A program made the translations under genes and the position numbers. The notes beneath the pieces were generated by a model. That model worked only from the letters and a program-made list of their open reading frames with translations. It was not told where the DNA came from and made no database searches. From contig CP181291.1 in NCBI GenBank assembly GCA_052279835.1, positions 5,920,001 through 5,984,000 on the forward strand: a stretch of 64,000 bases of DNA, in the 5' to 3' direction. This DNA is from Microcoleus sp. (GTDB lineage: Bacteria > Cyanobacteriota > Cyanobacteriia > Cyanobacteriales > Microcoleaceae). Shown piece by piece: positions 62,189-64,000 of the stretch (position 1 is the first letter of the stretch; each line of letters starts with the position of its first letter).

Positions 62189-63043
62189 TCATACTGTGGG
62201 GGCGAACAATTGTTTGATTTTCAGCCAGTGCGATCGCATTTTCCCAAAATTGTCATTTTCCATCAAATAAATCCTGTTTTTAGCTTTCTCTAACTCTAAC
62301 TGAAGCTGTTGGATTTGAATTTGGGTACTATCCCAGTCTGAATCAGCATCTGGCAACTGAATTCGTACTTCCTTGTCGTCGCTGTTTTTCTTGATGGCAA
62401 TATCGTGATAGCCGAGAGACTGAAGTGCCAAAAATACAATTTCCCAGTTATTAGCTATACAAAATTCATTGACCGCTCTGGCAACACCATAAGGCATAAT
62501 CTCGCAGATAGACCAATTTGTATAATCGTTAAAAACCATCATCCCGTCGGATTTTACTTTTTTATATCCTCGATCGATATCTTTGCATACACCTTCATAA
62601 GCGTGGTCAGCATCAATATAAATCCAGTCAAAATACTCATCTGGAAACTCACTTAAAATTGTCGATGAATCGCCTTCATGAAGCTCGATTATCCCATTTT
62701 TTATGCCCTCTTGTAACAGGATTTTTTGTTGCTGAGTTACCTGGTTTTTAAATAATTGCAAATTATTATCTATGATATGCAGTTTTTTTGGTTGAGTAAT
62801 AGAAAATATTTTTTCAGCAAAGTTTCCATATTGAGTTCCCACCTCAGCAACAACACTATCTTTAGGCAGGTATTCTAATAGTTTTGCCCGACTTTCAACT
62901 AAGCGGCAATTCTTGACGTGGCGATTTTGCAGAATCGGGGCAGAAATGAGGAAGGAATTGCTATCTACATTGCTCCATTTTTCATTATCCCAGCCCTTAG
63001 TCGCTTCTACAAATCTTTTTTTGTATTTGATAAAATCAAACAT
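62189..63043 (-). CDS. Class I SAM-dependent methyltransferase (Methyltransf_24-like) with C-terminal coiled coil
   Basis: VAEVGTQYG, GDS, FDWIYIDADHAYE, FNDY. Confidence 0.88.
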   Translation of the reverse strand: MFDFIKYKKRFVEATKGWDNEKWSNVDSNSFLISAPILQNRHVKNCRLVESRAKLLEYLPKDSVVAEVGTQYGNFAEKIFSITQPKKLHIIDNNLQLFKNQVTQQQKILLQEGIKNGIIELHEGDSSTILSEFPDEYFDWIYIDADHAYEGVCKDIDRGYKKVKSDGMMVFNDYTNWSICEIMPYGVARAVNEFCIANNWEIVFLALQSLGYHDIAIKKNSDDKEVRIQLPDADSDWDSTQIQIQQLQLELEKAKNRIYLMENDNFGKMRSHWLKIKQLFAPTV

Positions 63044-63189
63044 AAAATTATTAAAGTAAGTGAACGCGGTATAGTAGATTATGGTTGAATAGATTTCCTC
63101 CTAAAACTAGCCTAAAGAGAGTCTGCTGTCAATATATTTGAGCCGTCATTTATAATTTAACCAGCAGCGACTCAGGTCTGTAAAAAAAA

Positions 63190-64000
63190 ATGCCACGCAT
63201 ACCTAGCTTAACATTCGATCGCGGAACTCTTCTGCTACATCCACCACCAACAGGCAGAGACTGGGTGGACTTTGCCACATGGGACGATCGCGTCGAAAAA
63301 TTCCGCATTCGGGCAATTCACTACCGTCCCCTGGTAGAATGCCTCCAGGCCGATTGTGTCAACTTCACCGACCTTGCCCGCGCCTACGAACAACTCGAAC
63401 TCGTACCCAGTGTGGAAATGCAGCCTTATCCACATCAAGAACAAGCCCTGGCTGCATGGCAGCAAGCCGGTAGTCAAGGAGTTGTGGTGCTTCCCACGGC
63501 TTCGGGGAAAACTTACCTGGCACAATTAGCCATGCAAGTCACTGGTCGCAGTACATTAATTGTAGTGCCAACTCTGGATTTAATGCATCAGTGGTATGCT
63601 AATTTAAAAGCAGCTTTTCCCAAGATAGAAATCGGATTGTTAGGCGGAGGTTCGCGAGACAAAACGCCGATTTTAGTAGCAACCTACGACAGCGCAAGTA
63701 TTCATGCAGAAACCTTGGGCAACAAATACGGCTTGCTAGTTTTTGATGAATGTCATCACTTACCCACGGACTTTTTTCGAGTAATTTCCGAATATGCGAT
63801 CGCCCCTTTTCGACTGGGACTAACAGCCACACCCGATCGCACCGACGGCCGCCACAGCGATTTACATTTCCTGATTGGCCCGACAGTTTTTAGCAGAAAG
63901 CCCGAAGACTTGGCTGGCGATGCTTTAGCCGAACACAAGATAGTCCAAATCATGGTAAAACTGTCAAAAGAAGATGGCGATCGCTACCGCGAATTAATCA
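63190..64000 (+). CDS. XPB/Rad25-like DEAD/DEAH helicase, N-terminal part (runs off window)
   Basis: MPRIPSLTFDRGTLLLHPPP, LPTASGKT, VVPTLDLMHQW, FDECHHLP, LGLTATP. Confidence 0.92.
   Translation, partial: MPRIPSLTFDRGTLLLHPPPTGRDWVDFATWDDRVEKFRIRAIHYRPLVECLQADCVNFTDLARAYEQLELVPSVEMQPYPHQEQALAAWQQAGSQGVVVLPTASGKTYLAQLAMQVTGRSTLIVVPTLDLMHQWYANLKAAFPKIEIGLLGGGSRDKTPILVATYDSASIHAETLGNKYGLLVFDECHHLPTDFFRVISEYAIAPFRLGLTATPDRTDGRHSDLHFLIGPTVFSRKPEDLAGDALAEHKIVQIMVKLSKEDGDRYRELI

Overview
Chromosomal window of a filamentous cyanobacterium, most likely Oscillatoriales. Support: dense HIP1 GCGATCGC sites, heptamer tandem repeats, GTAG-type REP-like elements, and petG, cytM, gun4, PAM68, ycf46 and sigC. 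Most of it is housekeeping: dapL (partial), ccsA, sulfate ABC genes, a glycosyltransferase/rfbA/Wzc cluster, ruvA-rpsO-PAM68-aroF, rpmH-rnpA-yidC-jag, furA-sigC, lipA, ald, a partial XPB-like helicase and two tRNAs. Accessory content: two giant Pro/Thr-linker surface proteins, two IS200/IS605 tnpB copies (one internally deleted), nested miniature repeats, an AAA_35 fusion, an apparently inactivated nuclease-fold protein, and an AT-rich nuclease pseudogene followed by an attC-like site. The least explained part is ~37.3-39.0 kb between gun4 and the AAA gene. It holds an orphan 190-aa ORF preceded by ~900 nt of densely hairpin-forming DNA with an extended -10 promoter, an opposite-strand terminator, five 16-bp repeats and a perfect palindrome, and is followed by a ~175-bp structured element resembling IS200/IS605 ends. 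All family calls come from motif recognition by eye; no searches were run.
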